A DNA stretch of 64,000 nucleotides from Gnetum montanum. Taxonomy: Eukaryota > Plantae > Gnetophyta. Location: NCBI GenBank assembly GCA_015680685.1, contig MNCI01000550.1, forward strand, positions 9,794-73,793, written 5' to 3'. This document shows positions 26,701 through 41,700 of the stretch, piece after piece. Under the pieces are notes generated by a model. That model saw only the letters and a program-made list of their open reading frames with translations, was not told where the DNA came from and searched no databases. Position numbers and translations under genes: made by a program. Each line of letters opens with the position of its first letter. Position 1 is the stretch's first letter.

Positions 26701-29700
26701 TATAATATGGTCTGAATTTTATCATCTTGGTGCTTTTATCTCATCATTATGGGCTAACCTGTTCAGTAGGTGAAGGATTTGATGATTTACTATGGTTGGT
26801 CTACCTGGTGCCATAGTTCCTGATTGTTTAGTGTGCTGCTAGGTAGTCCATGTCTCAATACATATCCATTGGGATTGAATATGTAACTTGCAGACTATAA
26901 ACTATACATACTTCAACCAAGTCAGCTATGCCTCACTAACATAATATGGTGGGAATGTGATTTTGACAAAAATTTTGGAGATTGGCCTTTTGTTTTCCTT
27001 GTAGCTATTAACATATGAACCATCTTGGTTTGATTTTGGAGGGCTATGCTAAGTTATAAAATTCTAATTGTGGATTATATTTCTTGGGAATTATTTCAGG
27101 GTTCCAACACTCCCAACATATGAACCATCTTTTTGTGCACTTTTTTTTTTTTTGTGTTTCATTAATTCTCTTTTGTTTTTATAAATTGCTACATAAAAGG
27201 GGTTGGAGGCCCTCCAAGGCAGGGTTCTAGGAGGGCATATGTATGAATGAAAGCCTAACATCTTTTTGAATGCCTATTCCAGGCTTGAATCTAGGTACTA
27301 CGACTTGGGAAAAAGTAACCTTACTGTTCTTACTCTCGCCCTCTACTGTGTCTTATTTTCCAAGGCCTCAGGTAGTGGCAATTGTGGACAAAGCGATAGT
27401 ACTGGCTGTTCATCTTGATGAGTTTGGATCTAGAACCATAGGTTAAGGGATTGTCATTCCGAGGCTCAATGTTCATCTCTTGAGAAATGGGAACCTTACC
27501 ATTATTCCAAAGGATGACCCCCTAAAGGGTAATCGTTTGGAGGTTCAATGTTCATACTACTAAGGTAGGTTCCTGGGAAGGTCAATGGATGCGCAAAAAC
27601 CTAACTGCTCTTTGAGTGGCTGTGTCCATGCTTGAATCCAGGTCTTCTGACTTGAGAAACAGATACCTTACCATCACTCCAACTGATGGACCTATGAATT
27701 ACTGCATGAATACTAAATTAAAAAAGAAAAGAAAAAACTCATAATTCATTGGGATTGAGAATTTGAGATCTGTCTTTGTGTCTGAGAAATTTGTGGTGCA
27801 GATTGCCCAGATCATTTATTGATTAGCAGCAAGTAACTGTAGCTGTGATAAATCTATCAAAATGTATGGAGATATAATTTTAAAATAAAATTCAGTGCAG
27901 AAAACAGAATTGTGATGGAGAAACAGCCAAAAGAAACCAGCATGATTTTGGCATACTTTGTCCTAGGATAGAAACGTGAACAGCCCTACAGTGAATTTCT
28001 TGAGAGCATGTTACTTGTGTTCATACTCCTGAACCATGGGGAATATAATAAAAAGATTTCTGTGTTCCAAAAGCATGGGATTGGATTGTAGAATAGAATT
28101 CATTCCTAAGGGCAAAGGGGATGGTGGGCCTGACTAGTACAATATTTTGACATTTATTATGATTTCTGAGTTTGTTAGTGTTTAAGATTCTAGGTGTTCT
28201 TTTGAAAATTTTATGTTGGTTGGAAAATCTACTAGTTGAGAAACCCTGTTTATTAACTACTGTTGTAATTTATATTTTGTTTTTCGGATTACAGCAACCT
28301 GCAAACATGAAATTTTCATGGTTGGTAAATTTTCACGGTTGATTATTGAGATTTCTAAAATCTGATGCATCATGCAGAAGTCGGTTAGTTAAGAAGCTAG
28401 ATGTTGGAGAAAAATAGGTCTTTGTTTAAAGTGCATCTGGATTTCGAGATGACAAAAATTGGAAGATCTTTGACAAAAGATAACTTTGTTAAAGCCGAGG
28501 ATGTTTGGCAGTTAAGGTTTGAAGAACATTATATAGAGGATATGCTTTGACTTCCTGTTGCTTTGAAACTTGCACGATTACAAGATATAAATCTAGGTGT
28601 ATAATGAGTTGATTTCGCTGTTTTATGTTTTTTTATTATTTTGAATTGGCTGCATGTGTATCATATCTTTGGTAATTCTTCTAGCTTGGTGTCTATAATT
28701 TTACAGAATTCCTGATTTCCTGGATGACTCAAAGTCTAGGGTTTGTTGCTCATACGATTCCCATCCTACCAGTTCATGAAATGAAATTAGAAACTAAAAT
28801 CATGCGGTTTTAAGCCATTTATTGTAATGTTATAAATCACGTAAAAACTGTATTCTTCCAGGAAAAATGAATTTCCTATGTTAATGTTTGATTTTCCATT
28901 TTGATGCATTTCCCCGTGGGTTTGTAGCTCATTTTCCTTATACAAGTTGCTTTTGGCTTCAAATTTCCTGAACTGATCTAATTTTAAAAATCCATTTTTT
29001 TATATAATTTTTCCTCATAGGTTTCTATTTTTTAATCATGGACATCATGCTTTTGGATTTTGATGTGACTATCTGTTGCAGGTGTTACCTGACCTTTTTT
29101 ACGTTGCTCGTACTTGTGAAGAAGGCTTGAAAGAATTCATTACTTGGAAACTTGGAACATTGGTTTCTATTGTACGCCAGGTGAAACTCTGATCTTTAAA
29201 TGACATTTTTATTTTATTTTTGTTTATTGTTTTTTTATTTCCTGCTTCTTTGATATCACTTTGAGAAGTTGCTAACCTGAATGATCAATTTCAGCATATA
29301 CGAAAGTTCTTGCCAGATCTTCTTGGATTTATTTCTGAACAGTGGGTTACTTTTAATTTGCCAGCCACAAGTCACCCTCAAAAAATAACTCCGGTAAGGG
29401 GAAGGAATTTTACTCTATTTAAGTCAAATTAACAGAATGTATCATTTTTAGTGATTGCAAGGAATTGGTGTATGAACGTGTTTATCAAGCATTCAAATAA
29501 GTGAAACATGCTTTTGCAGGTCCTGCACTTGGTGGAGCAACTTTGTTTAGCTCTTAATGATGAATTTCGTGCATATATACCAGACATTTTGCCTTGCTGT
29601 ATCCAGGTGTTAAGTGATGCTGAGCGTTCTGGAGACTACAGCTATGTGATTGCAATTCTGCATACTCTTGATGTATTTGGCTGTAAGTGTAGAGACTAAT

Positions 29701-32700
29701 TTTGGCTATATTTAATGCTTCTATTTGATTAAATTTAAATTTGATTTAAGAAATGTAATGAGGGTTTTTTGTAACAAATGTACCGACATTTTTTAATTCT
29801 TTATTTAGGTACTCTAGATGAACACATGCATTTGCTTCTTCCTGTTTTAGTTCGGTTATTTAGGCCAGATGCTTGTAATGCATCTGTAGAAATAAAACGT
29901 GCAGCGGTTAGAACACTGTCAAAGCTTATTCCTCGTGTCCAGGTATGCGTTAATTATTTTCTTCAATTTTACTGTAAAATCAGTTTGGTGAAAAGATTGT
30001 TTCTTTCTGTCCAATGTTTTTGAAATGTTGCAGATTTCAAGCCATGTGTCGGTACTAGTACATCCTCTCAAGCTTATAATTGACGGGTGAGATATTCTAC
30101 ACTTGAATGATGAGTATCACAGTGTTATTTATTCTTTTATGTAGAATTTTCACAGTGGCGTCGTTGCATGTGAAAAAAGTGGGGAAATAGGACATTTTTA
30201 ATAGTGTCATATTTTCATTTGCCTCTTTCAAATTAACTGATGCTTGTGTTTTCTGATTACAATTCCTGCATGTTAATACAGTACATGGAGGCAATGAAAC
30301 TGTTTCTCAAGATGCTTGATTATTTTTTAAATCACAGAAACCTGGAGTTGAAATGTGCATGTTCCATTACTGGAGTTAATGAAGCTAGCAAGTTAGGAAA
30401 TCATGTATCATACAAACTAACATTCTTGTGTAAAAATTCAAAGTGCATCCTGATTTGATGGTCTTATTAATGGATGTTGAACATATTTTCTTCTAAAACG
30501 TTGTACCTCGAAGAACAATATGTTTCTGCAGTCTTTAATTATATTTTTCAAAGGTATATCGTATTGGTAATACTTTGTGACTTGTATCCTATAGTTACAT
30601 GTTGAATGCCGATGGCGTACTTGAGTAAATAAAAGTTACAAAATTCAAAATAACAGTTGCCACAAGTCTAAGGTACAATAGCAGAATTTCCACATCATGA
30701 TAATCACGGTCCCTTTATCCCAACAACATGGGCTAACTTGTTAAGGTGGGTAAATGATTTGATGATACATTTTTATTGTCTGCTGTGTACAGTGGAATTT
30801 CCATTTATGTCATAGCAAAAAGCTTAAAGAAGTCTAGAAGGTATAATGGAAAAAATTCGTAACATATAAAAGGGATTAAGTTCCTTATTAAATGAAAGTA
30901 CTCAAATTGCGTCAAACTGATTCTGTACATAAATAGTTGAATGTTGTAGTAGCTTCAACAATTTATCTTGCGGAGAACAAGATTTTGATGTTTTCACAGA
31001 ATTTTCAGAACGTTTCTGCTATATTTTGGATCATATAGAAACCCTATTTGTCTTTGCATTTTGCAAAACATTTAGCTGTAACAACACTAAAACCTTGACC
31101 AATAGTACATTCCATCTGTTTTTCCTTGGTTTCTTCATCTAACTTATGACATTGCAGATTGTTGGAAAAATGAAGACAAATACATTAATTGTTGTATTTC
31201 CTTTTATGTTGCATTTCATGTGGGAATGTGTTTTATCCCACATGTATTAGGATTGGGGTTTGGTCCTCATGTTTGTTCATAAATAGAAGGCTTGGGGTAG
31301 CCTTTAGTGTGTGCTTTGAAGTGAAAGCATTGTATCAAGGTTTTACCTCGGAGACGTGAGTCTTGTTGGTGTTGATCTGAGATCTGTTGGAATAACAGAT
31401 TGGGTGTTTGAAAAGTTACAAGGGTGGCTTGTGTCCTGAAGATTTGAGAAGAATAGAAGGCAGATCAACATTGTTGTGGAAGTAGGGTAAAAAGGGCCCG
31501 AACCACATAACTCTCTGTGTTCTTGTGCTATTTTTACTGTTTTCAGTCTGCTTTCATTTTGTTGTCAGCAAATGTTTGCTAAAGTTTAGAACGTTTTGAG
31601 AGTGATTTATAGTGTTTCTTGACCTGCTACAGTGAAATATTTTGCCTCTAATGATTTATTCAGATCTGTAATATTATCATTTAACAACAGAACATGATAA
31701 TCCTAACTCAAAGTTGTAGGTAGGATCAATCTCAAAGTTGTAATGAGAGATAAAAACATGAATGAAAAAAAAAGGGTGAACCGAAAATCCTTCCAATAGA
31801 ACCATACAATCTTTACATGGACATAATAAAAGACTAGAGTTTCAGTTTTAAAGGCACTGACCAAGGTTATGGAACTGATGTATCTTCTTTGCAGAGTTGC
31901 TTTATGGTATAGTAAGAGAAATTTTGGAACTGGATATTTATTCTCATTTTTGGTTCCAGGAATAATGATGACCTTCGAAAGGATGCTGTTGATTGTATTT
32001 GTTCTTTAGTACGAGCCCTAGGGGATGACTTTACCATTTTTATTCCCTCAATTCGAAAGCTTCTTCAGCGTCATCGGTTACAGGTTTGACCATTTAGCAG
32101 GAGAATTTTGCTGTCAAATTTGGAAATTAATTTTTGTGATCATAAGCCTAAGATCTATTCTTTGTCTTTTGTGCTTTTACCTTTTATCTGCATGAGAGCA
32201 GCACAAGGATTTTGATGAAATAGAAGCTTGCCTTATGCGACGAGAGGCTCTTATTGTAGACGCAAGCAGTGGTTCCAAGTCTTCACCGAAGAATCCTGCA
32301 GATACGGTCAGCGATCCTTTGAATGATATGGAAATGGACCATTATGAAGAGGGAAATGAGCTTCAACGGCCATTCAAAAACTATAAGGTAATTTCAGCTA
32401 ATATTGTTTTGAATGTCAGTTTTTCCCATTATCTCTTGTTCTATACGTTTTCTTTTATTTTAAATTTACTGCAAGTGTTATTTTTTGCATTATAGTCAAT
32501 TTTTGTTTATATCGAAATTTAGTTGCCTGTGTTTACCGTTTTCTTTGGACATATGAGAAGCTTAATTTTCTATTTATTAACTTAAAATTTTCAATCTTCA
32601 TTATATCCGGAAAAAATATAGCCACCATGAATTGAATTACTGTAAATTAAAATCAATCGGGCTTTTATCCTTTCTGGGCCGCATTAGATTTATGTTGTCG

Positions 32701-35700
32701 TTGAGCTCATCTTAGCATACCTGCAGACACCTATGTTGTCTTTTAACGGATGTATTTCTCCATTCAAACTTCTTATGTGACTGTCCATGTGTCTTGTTAA
32801 TAATGGTCCTCTTTTCATTTATCTTGTGCAGGCATCTGTAAGTATCTTTTTTATGTTAGTTGGATGCGTGGCTGCAGTTGAATAAATATTCTATATTGTA
32901 CCCTATAGTATGGGTGAGATTATATAAACATTTTTCTTTGTTACTCATGATGCTAATTTGTAAGGCAGTTCAATTAGGCTCACAGGTTAAAGGCTTCTAA
33001 GGCAAATCTAAAAAGATTGTGTGTGTATACAAATGAGGAGTAACTTGGTTAAGGCTTGTGATATGCATACTGCAGGTCACAGGCTTAATCCCGTTGGGTT
33101 AGTCTGAGACACACAGATATTATGTAAAAGATGATACAGAAACTGAACTGGTCCAACAGATCTGTAGGGTTATCATGTAGATGTAATAAAAATATCTCAG
33201 TTTAGTTTAGGACATGAGATTAGCTTGCTCCTGTTGCTTCATCTTATGTTTCATTTTCTGATTTTCAATTATTGTAGTTTGCTGTCTATGCGTTTCCTTG
33301 AATCAGTTTTGCCATGACAGGTCAATGATGGACGTCTAAGAATGGCTTGGGAGGCATCCCAACGAAGCACAAAAGAAGACTGGGCTGAATGGATGCGACA
33401 TTTCAGCATTGAGCTACTCAAGCAATCTCCATCACCTGCATTGCGTACTTGTGCCCGATTAGCACAATTGCAGGTAGAAAAAAAATCTTAAATTTTAATA
33501 TTTTTAGAGCTTTATCTTTTGTTTCAAGTTTCTTATTAAGGCATACTGAGTGGAAGATATCATGGTTATTTAGGAGTAGCTTTTTTTTTTTTTGGGTTTG
33601 TTTTAATTTTTTTCTCAATTATTAAAATACACTAATCTGGGTTTCTTTTATAGCCATCTGTTGGCAGAGAGCTTTTTGCTGCAGGTTTTGCTAGTTGTTG
33701 GGCAGAGCTAAATGAAGCTTGTCAACAACAATTGGTTCGCAACCTTGAGATGGCATTTTCTTCCCCAAACATTCCTCCTGAGATTCTAGCAACTCTCCTC
33801 AACTTGGTATTTACAGAAATTGAATTGCTGGTTTTAGTGCTGGGGTAATTATGCACAAATAGTTTTTTTAGATATGATTCTAGTCTGCATTGCAGGCTGA
33901 ATTTATGGAGCATGATGAGAAACCTTTGCCAATAGATATTCGACTTTTGGGAGCTCTTGCTGAAAAGGTTTGAAAGAGAGTAATTTGTTTTAGACGTAGA
34001 CAATAGCACGAAGCTTTCCTATATGAAAACAGATTCGCATTTTTTTTTATTCATTCTATGGCAATTTGTTTTTAGTGTCGAGCTTTTGCAAAAGCTTTGC
34101 ATTACAAGGAAATGGAATTTGAAGGTGCTCAATCAAAAAAGATGGAAGCAAATCCAGTTGCTGTTGTTGAATCTTTAATACATATAAACAACCAGTTACA
34201 TCAGCATGAGGTTTTTACACGTTTGGTGTTTGCATCTGCATTCTTTGTCAGTTCTTCAGATATCGTGTGGCACTAATTCATGAGCTGTGTGCGACAGGCG
34301 GCTATTGGAATTTTAACCTATGCACAGAAACATCTCGGTGTGCAGTTAAAGGAATCATGGTATATTATAATCTCATGCTACTAGTTTCCTTTGTTAAATT
34401 TTACTTATCAGCACTCTTGTTACCTAGCCATCGTTATATATCAATAGATATTTTATGGCACGGCTGTTTTTGTAATGGCCCCTTTCACACAAACCGTATT
34501 ATTTAAGCTGTTTGTCATTTCAACTAGCAGCTGGAAGAGACCAGGGATATGTGTTTGTGGAACACATCAATCATCTTATCGATGTGAGAGTGAAACAGTC
34601 TATTTTTTGAAAACGCCAAGAAAGTTACAGATCCTAGGAAACATGTTTTCTACTATTCATATCTCTTTTTATATCAGATTCTTCCATAAACGGATAAAAT
34701 CCCACCTCACTTTACTGTAATTTTTAAAAGATTAATTTACTCAGAAGAATTATTGCCTATAACGTTATATAATTTGTTTATTTTATAGGTATGAAAAGTT
34801 ACAGCGGTGGGAAGAAGCACTAGCAGCATATACTTTAAAGGCCTCTCAAGCTTCAAGTCAAAATCTTGTTTTGGAAATGACATTAGGTCTGTGAGGACTT
34901 AAAATGAATGAGTGTTCAGGCTTGCTTGTTTTATTTATGGATTAAATGCTCACTTAATCTTTGCAGGTAGAATGCGTTGTCTTGCTGCGTTGGCTCGCTG
35001 GGAAGAATTGAGTAATCTAAGTAAAGAGTTCTGGGCGCCTGCAGAACCAGCTGCACGGCTTGAGATGGCTCCTTTGGTTTGTTTTTACTTATATATAACT
35101 CTGTATTGCTAGAGGCCAATATCTGCTGTCATCGCTTTGATCACTAAGGCCTTATCGATTTTATCATATTTGATCTGTATTACTTAATGTTTTAGGCTGC
35201 TAATGCTGCTTGGAATATGGGCGAATGGGATCAAATGCAAGAGTATGTATCTCGTTTAGATGATGGTGATGAAACTAAATTGCGCATGTTGGGAAATACC
35301 GGTGGAGGTGGAGATGGCAGCAGCAATGGGGCATTTTTCAGAGCTGTCCTTATGATTCGTCGAGGGAAGGTTGGTTTCTGAAAAGAGTGTTGTTTTGCAA
35401 AGCTTTTCTCATATGAGACGTTTATAAATAACGTTTTGTGTCAGTATGATGAGGCCCGGACTTATGTGGAGCGTGCACGCAAATGCCTGGCTACAGAACT
35501 TGCTGCTTTGGTAACTGTTATTCTCTGATGTTCAATTTTTTCTTCGTTCATTGATATTGTTATTTTTTAGTGAAAGATATTCATGAGGTTTTTAATTGTT
35601 TCTTAAAAGAAAGTTAGGAATGCACCCCGAGTCATTTCTTACATTGTAATTTGTAACAATGGATCATGCTAAACAGTCTGCAGCTGGTTTCTTTGGTGCT

Positions 35701-38700
35701 TATCCTTTTGCCATTATGTCTCCAATCTGAGATGTTGAACGTCTTCATTACATGCAACCCAATGTCCGAAGTACCACCTGTTCAAAATAAGTTTGCTGTT
35801 CTGGACTTAAATGATTCTTATATCTGTAGCTCTGACAAAATTTAGGCACGTGGGTGGCTTTATCCATGACCTGAGCATACCAATATAAGGCTCCCAATTT
35901 GGCTTATTGCCTTGATGCAGACATATTATCTAACTGGAATGAAATAGAGACAGATTATGAAATTGAAACGTTTTTGCCAGTTCGTTGAAAGTAGTTATTC
36001 TGGAGCAGAGATGAGAGGTATAGAAGTTGGCATTGAAGATTTCAGGTTTACAAAGGGTTTGTTATTTTTGGGAGTAGGAAAAGCTTTTTTTGGTCCAAAA
36101 TTAGTCATTTCTTGAAGAATGAAGTTTACAGAAAAATATTTTGAAGTTTTTTCTTTTTTCCAAATTCCATAACATTGTGAAAGATGACTTATGTATTGCC
36201 CTAGGATTGTTTACCTTGTCTTCATGTAAATATTGTTTGCCATATTTTTGTACTTTGACTCCATTTGTATTTTTTCACTAAAGTTTTTTTCATTAATGTT
36301 TAATAGGTACTTGAAAGCTATGATCGTGCTTATAATAACATGGTTCGTGTTCAGCAGCTAGCTGAGTTGGAAGAGGTATCAGATAGCATACTTCCCGTAT
36401 ATTGTCTAATATTCCTGTACAAGTTGTTTTTTAATTTTATTTTGATATGAATTTTTGATGAGAAACGTTGTTCCTAAAATAAAACATTTCATTAGTTTGT
36501 ATTTTCTCATGATGGTTGCAGGTCATAGATTATTGCACTCTTCCTACATTAAATGTTGCCACAGAAGGAAGGAGAGCCTTGATTCGCAAAATGTGGATTG
36601 ATAGGATCCAGGGAGCAAAGCAAAATGTTGAGGTAGCTACAGTTAATTTTTTAAAGGTATATTTATCTTATACATTTTGGAGATGTTCTTCATGTTTATT
36701 GATGCATTCGCAGGTCTGGCAAGTCCTATTAGCTGTACGTGCACTAGTTCTTCCACCAACAGAGGACATAGATACGTGGTTAAAATTTGCTTCTCTTTGT
36801 CGTAAAAGTGGTCGTATCAGTCAAGCTCGGTCTACCTTGATCAAATTGTTGCCGGTATTGTTGTTGAAGATAGTCTGAAAAGTTCTGAAATGTTTGTCGA
36901 ATGTTATAGTTTCCTATTGCTTACTGATTAGTTTTACGTCAATGCAGTATGATCCAGAGTTGTCTCCTGAAAGAACTATATTTTCAGGACACCCTCAAGT
37001 AATATTAGCATATTTAAAATATCAGTGGTCTCTCGGAGAAGAATCTCGACGCAGGGAGGCATTTTTGAGGTTGCAAGTATGTAAGCCATCAGGAGTTACA
37101 AGCTTTTTAGTCTTGTGAAATGCTATTTTTTAGCACTCTAATTTGTGGTCATCGTTTGTGATTTATGTATAGCAATTATCAGTGGAACTTTCGGGGACAC
37201 TACAATCGCCAACGATGTTCATGTATCCTATGGCAAATGTTTCATCTCCTTCATCAAATTCCAGCATTCCATTACTTTCACGTGTATATATAAAACTTGG
37301 CACTTGGCGTTGGGCATTGCATCCTTCTTTGGATGATATATCTATACGAGGTGCCAATATCAAAGTTTACGATTTTTCAACACCTTGTTAGTGTAATTTT
37401 AGGTAAATCTGTATACTTGAATTTTCTGGAAAGATTATTTAATTTTATATGCTTTCCTTGGTTGTTTTGCAGAGATTCTCATGGCATTTCAAAATGCAAC
37501 AAATTATGCTAGAGATTGGTCAAAGGCATGGCACAAATGGGCATTGTTTAATACAGCTGTGATGTCACATTATACTCTAAGAGGCCTTCCTTCTGTTGCT
37601 AGTCACTATGTTGTGGATGCAGTAAGAGGATATTTTTGTTCAATAGCATTTGGAGCAAATACAAGAGGTGGCGATGACAGCTTACAGGCATGTTGCATCC
37701 ATTCTTTAATTGCTTTGCCTTGTCAAGAAAATATGCTTGTTTGAGGGAAGTTCACATATTGAATCATTTATGCAGGATATTCTTCGGTTGCTTACTCTCT
37801 GGTTTACCCATGGAGGTACACCAGAAGTTCAAACTGCTCTTCAAGAGGGATTTACACACGTGAGTATTGACACATGGTTAGTTGTGTTGCCTCAAATAAT
37901 TGCGAGAATCCATTCAAATATTCCTGCTGTTAGAGAGTTAATCCAGTATCTTTTGGTGGAAATTGGACAAAGGCATCCACAGGTATTCTTTCACTCCAAC
38001 TTTGATCAAACCATATATTTTATTTAACATCTCAATATAAACTCATGGTAGATTCTGGGAATAATTAACTAGAGTAGTTATGTCATTTTTATTTTTTCCA
38101 AAAACACATTCAAGTTTTTGCATAGAAACACAATTTAGTAGAAGAATTCCATGTCTACATATTAAATGGTTAAAGTATTTTAACATATCACATTGTTTAG
38201 TGGCTATGTAGACGATGCATCCGCTAGTTATAATTTTTTATTTAAGTATTGGAGTTATCTTAGGCTACTAAAAACGTCGTTTGGGAAACACAATCTTGTG
38301 TAAATAGTATGTTCCTGCAATGTATATGGAAACTCAAATGACTATCCATTATTCCACAATTGTGGAAAAGCCTAAGCAGGCAAGGAAAGACAATGAACGT
38401 TACAGAATGAACCTTGGCGAATTAATCCCGTGGAAAGAGAGTAATATAAGCTTGATCTTAAAAATAAATGAAAATTGAATAGTTAAAAAAAGCACATCTA
38501 TTCAAAAATATTGTTGCACTGATTCAACCATAACAAATCCCGTAGGACGTTGCAAAAGTATGTGCTGAAGAAGTAAGAAAAAACAAGTGTGTAACTTGAA
38601 GACGTCATTACTGAAGAAATTGGTGGCTGATGGTTTCAAAAGGAAATACTCTTGATACTGGCACTGATTTATTTGTATTCGATCAAAGAAAGTCATATAT

Positions 38701-41700
38701 TGTTGAACTCATAGATTAAAGATGTGGATCAGAATGACAATCTAGACGATTCTGGTTCTTGATCTAGAAATAAATGTATTGAATTGGATCAGAATCGCGA
38801 TTTTAAGTGCGTTGCAATCCATAGAAAAATACATGTTTTAAAATTACATGTTTGGAATCAGATCTGCATGATTCCACATTTCTGTACTGTGCCGTCATGG
38901 CTCATCTGTATCTGCGTCTTTCTGCAGGCAGTTTCATCCAACAAAGCTATCCAAATTGAGTGAAACAGGAACATCCTGTTAACTTTTAAGCCAATGCCAA
39001 ATTTTTCCATTTTCATATTTCATGTCCAAAAGGTTTGATTTCATTGTTGCCATTTCTATATGTCATGTCTAAAAGGTTAGAAATCAAAGTTGTACACGAA
39101 GGATAAATTATAAAAGTCAATGATATGATAAAAAATAACAAAGAAAAAGGGATAAAAATCACATGAAGAAGGGGCCAAGCCTCTCTCCCCGCAAGAGAGT
39201 TAGGGAGCAGCAAGTGAGGGAGCGTTGAATGAACAGCCATGAGTGGTGTAATTTTGTTTTGGCTTCTCTCTTACTCCTCAATCAATCCATATGAAGATTT
39301 TCTTCATTGTAAGCATTGAAGTTTCTTAAGAAGTTTTGCAATTGCAGCAATAAAGTTTGAAAATTTTTCAATCATTTTCATATCTAAAGCCCTCCATTTA
39401 TGTTTCATGAAACTTTGAAGCTTTTTTTTTTGTTTGAAAAACCCTCCATAACAATTTCAAATCCAAAATCATTCATAATCATTCACAAATCCTCTAAGAA
39501 TGATTTCACAATCTCACCATTCTCAATTCTCTCACAAGCCCTCCATCTTACAATTCTCACATCTGACAATATCTACAAGTTCATCAAAGAATTCAAGAAA
39601 TCATGTTTTCACAAGTCCATTTTAAGTCATTTTTGATGCTTTTATCACCATTTTGATTCATTTTCATCATATACATGAAGATTTCAATTTATTCAGGTCA
39701 TTTGTTAGTCAATACGAAGATTAGAAGTCATTTAACATCTGATCTTACATAAAATGATGCAATTTCAAGAATGTCAAATTGTCATTTCATGTCAAAGTTC
39801 AAGTTTCTCCTCTATGTCACTCCTTTTGTCTCAAATTTGCATCAAATTATTCATTCTCCTCTAGATCTATGTTCTTTGGTCAAAGTTATGTGGATTCAAA
39901 GCAAATTTGAGGCAAAACAGATGAGAATTTATTTAGATTGGGTGTTCAAAAACTTCATGTTTCCACCAATCGATTTGTATCGATCTGTATTTACCGGCCA
40001 TGATATATTCATTTTCTACCCAAGGAATATTGATTTTCTCAGCGCATGGGTGACTGAAATTAATGAAGATCAACATTGTCGGTTACCATTGCTTTGGCTA
40101 CAAGAATCAAAGTGACAACGATTGGTATCATATTGATTCTTACAGATTCCAGCGGCTTTCGGCAATAAAGTTGAATTTCAAAAGATTCAAAGCATTTTGC
40201 CTTAGATTGCGATCAGCGATGTCTAGTCACATAAAAAAAAATCATCTATCTTGCAAGATCTCGATCTTGGTGACATCCAATGACATGCTGAGAGTTCAGA
40301 ACAAATTTTCATGCTTCCACTTGCCTCTGACACATCCATGGTGGCAGTGACACTTTGAGTGGTGCATTAGTGGTTTTGGCACCATTTTCAACTACATTTG
40401 TGGTAGTCTAACGTTGAAGACTATTGGAATTTGTACCGGTGATAGTCTGTATTCTGACTTAGTGGTTTGGATATTTAAAAACACTGCAATACGAGTGTGA
40501 CTATGACTACCAACAACGTTGAACCATTTCGTTGGAAACCTGACGGAAATATTCAGCATCAGTATTGCTAGTCTACCTTAATTGTGGATGCAGTCTATGT
40601 ATGTCCTGCCCATGCTTATGTCCCTTAATGAATGTCATGTTCTAAATGTAGCCTTCCAACAGTAGAAACAAGTAGTATGGAAATAAAAAGCCTTACTTCC
40701 CTAGCTTGCATGAACATACTGCACGTTTTCTTTTATTTTGAAATGTTTTTGTTAACAAAAGTGTTCGTTTATTACAAAAATCTTTTAAAATTTTTGTTTT
40801 AAATTGTTTCTTACTTATACGATTCAACATGAGTCAGATTGCGATTAAAACCAATCTGTGATCAAGAATCTTTATGCCTCAAAAGGCAATCCATGGTCTG
40901 CTCCACATTTTTAATCTATTGTTAAACTGTAATAATAATATTTTGTATTCATGCAGTAAATAATAAATAATTAATTTGTGGTTTTGATGTGACCAAGATA
41001 ACTTTAGTTTGGTATCAAAGCAAGTTTCAAAAGATGTTGGAAGTCAAAGAATTGGAAAAACATGTCAAAGGTTTATTATATTCTTGATCCATCATGCATA
41101 AGATTATGTAAGGGTTATACTCTTGAAAAACATGTCAAACGTCCTGTAAATATTTTATGGCAAACAGTGCATAGTAGATAACCAATTTGTGTTTCCACTA
41201 GAGCTATAATAGGTTTCATAGGAAATGTAGATTGTGAGTTTGTTAACATGAAAGAAAAATTGGTTGGATGTGTAAACATGATTTAACATGCACCCGCTAA
41301 CAGGCAATCACAAAAGTCTGCACTAATCGGTGTGGTAGTGAAACACACTATAACACTCATTCATAAGGAGCAAGAGCTAGCACCCAAAGCCCCCTAAAAA
41401 GGAGAAAGTTGAAAGAAGAAAATGCCTAGGTGGCTTTCTTTCTACAACCATCACACTAACGTTATCCTATAAAATTAAAATGAAATCAATAATGCCTAGA
41501 TCTAGCTCAAAAACAGGTCAATCAATATTAATTTAAGAATTAAGAGATAATTTTAAAAAGAAATAGGCATAGTAAAATATCTGTGCAAGATTCATTAGAT
41601 TAAAAAAAAATATCAGACTTTTTATTATTCAACCTAAAAAGCAATATTTAATCGGGATCATTTGCACATTTGAAAACCAAGGAATGACCACAAAAGCAGA

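Noticed and set aside
33035-33110. tRNA-like A/B-box sequence
   Set aside because: No cloverleaf; at most a decayed SINE head
38711-40919. Short inverted termini (atagattaaagatgtggatcag / ctgctccacatttttaatctat) suggesting a DNA transposon
   Set aside because: No TSD or transposase remnants seen; boundaries unsupported
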